From assembly GCA_964234715.1 (NCBI GenBank), contig OZ174290.1: 64,000 nucleotides of DNA; one strand, given 5' to 3'. The stretch comes from Podarcis melisellensis. Its lineage: Eukaryota. A program made the translations under genes and the position numbers. Below are positions 63,040-64,000 of this stretch, piece by piece (the stretch's first letter is position 1; each line of letters opens with the position of its first letter). Under the pieces are notes generated by a model. It searched no databases and had not been told where the DNA came from. It was given only the letters and a program-made list of their open reading frames with translations.

Positions 63040-64000
63040 TGTGGCATTCCGAATGTAGGTTTAGAAAGGAATGTGGCCCGGGGGCGGCGCGAACGGCAAT
63101 GGCTGCCAGCTCCTGAACGGGAGAGGGTAGCTCCGTCGAAACGGGTCGCCCGCTACGGCGAAGCGGGGACCCATCCAGAAAAACCACAGGCAGCAGAAGC
63201 CTGTGGTCCTGAGACCCGGCGGGCGCCAAAAGCAGCCCCTAAAACGACGAAGGGACCCCGTAAGGGGCTCCGGACCGCGGAGGGGGTAGCGGCGCTGTGG
63301 GTCGTTGCGCGATCAACGGAGCGAAGCCGCGTCGCTGTTGCCGGTGAGCGCTGACCTTTCTTCTTGAAACTGCTAACTTTGGAAAGCAACAACCCGTGAG
63401 TAATTTGGACAATATACTTTTAAAGCCTCTAAAAATTGTGAATTTGGCTGAAAGCGGAGCGACGAAAAACAGGAAGTCCGTCTTCCGCTGACACTGAACT
63501 TGAAAGTAAAGAGCAGGAGGAGTGGAGACAAAGAGTAACGTTTTGCATTGACTGATCTGGCACCTATTTAAACTGTTGTTTCTGGCTGATTTAAAGACTT
63601 TAAGTGGCTGATTTTTGGACCTTCATTGAGACAAGGATACCTGTCTTCTGTTGATCTATTGGATTACAAATAAAAGTAAGAAACCCAGGTACTGGAGCTG
63701 CCTGAGTAACTGAGCAGTCAGTCTGCAGGCTTTGGATACTTTGAATCTGAACTTTGGAACATACTGAGTTTGAATTTGTTACTTTGAAACACTTGTTGTC
63801 TAAGCACTTTTGGAAACAATGTCTGGCTTTAAGTTTTAACTCTGCTAAAATTTATCTTTGTGAAGATCTTTGGAGATCAATTCAGACTTACTAATTTTAA
63901 TTGGATTGGACTTCCTCCCCAAAGACTTTCTAAGCTCCACCTAGAGGATTTTTGGATTTACAGCAGTGACTTTGTTTTACTTTCTCTTTCCCGGCCTCCT
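63040..64000 (+). mobile_element. Probable 5' UTR/internal promoter of a young L1-clade LINE that runs off the window
   Basis: Abrupt CpG-rich block (63050-63500) followed by AT-rich non-coding sequence; no splice or exon signature; ORF1 not reached, so this is inference. Confidence 0.45.

Noticed and set aside
62818-63354. 178-aa plus-strand ORF
   Set aside because: Starts inside a MITE and runs through GC-rich probable UTR sequence; no protein-like features.

Overview
Vertebrate nuclear DNA, very probably from a lizard. The repeat repertoire (CR1, L2, L1, Rex1/Babar, BovB, tRNA-Lys/CR1-tail SINEs, hAT and Tc1/mariner MITEs) suggests a lacertid, but the species is an inference. The only host gene I can support is a complete stanniocalcin-1 (STC1) on the minus strand: 4 coding exons (19938-19818, 13404-13262, 9936-9725, 427-157; 747 nt, 248 aa), GT-AG introns, all 11 conserved cysteines, and a CpG-rich TATA/CCAAT promoter at about 20.1-20.3 kb. 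The ~44 kb upstream holds no recognisable host exons. It is a mosaic of transposon remnants, microsatellites and a few repeat-free candidate enhancers. Most of the other ORFs in the track are TE fragments or noise. I see no convincing new multi-gene system. The most unusual structures are: (1) a young 1.1-kb Tc1/mariner-type element ~700 bp upstream of the STC1 TATA box, carrying a 60-bp CpG-rich array whose 27-bp core occurs in both orientations; (2) a Ty1/copia pol fragment, partly duplicated, inside an LTR-like element; (3) a 167-bp fold-back hairpin; (4) a ~140-bp non-tandem duplication 3.8 kb apart; (5) a hairpin MITE just after the STC1 stop codon; (6) two substitutions at normally conserved STC1 residues.
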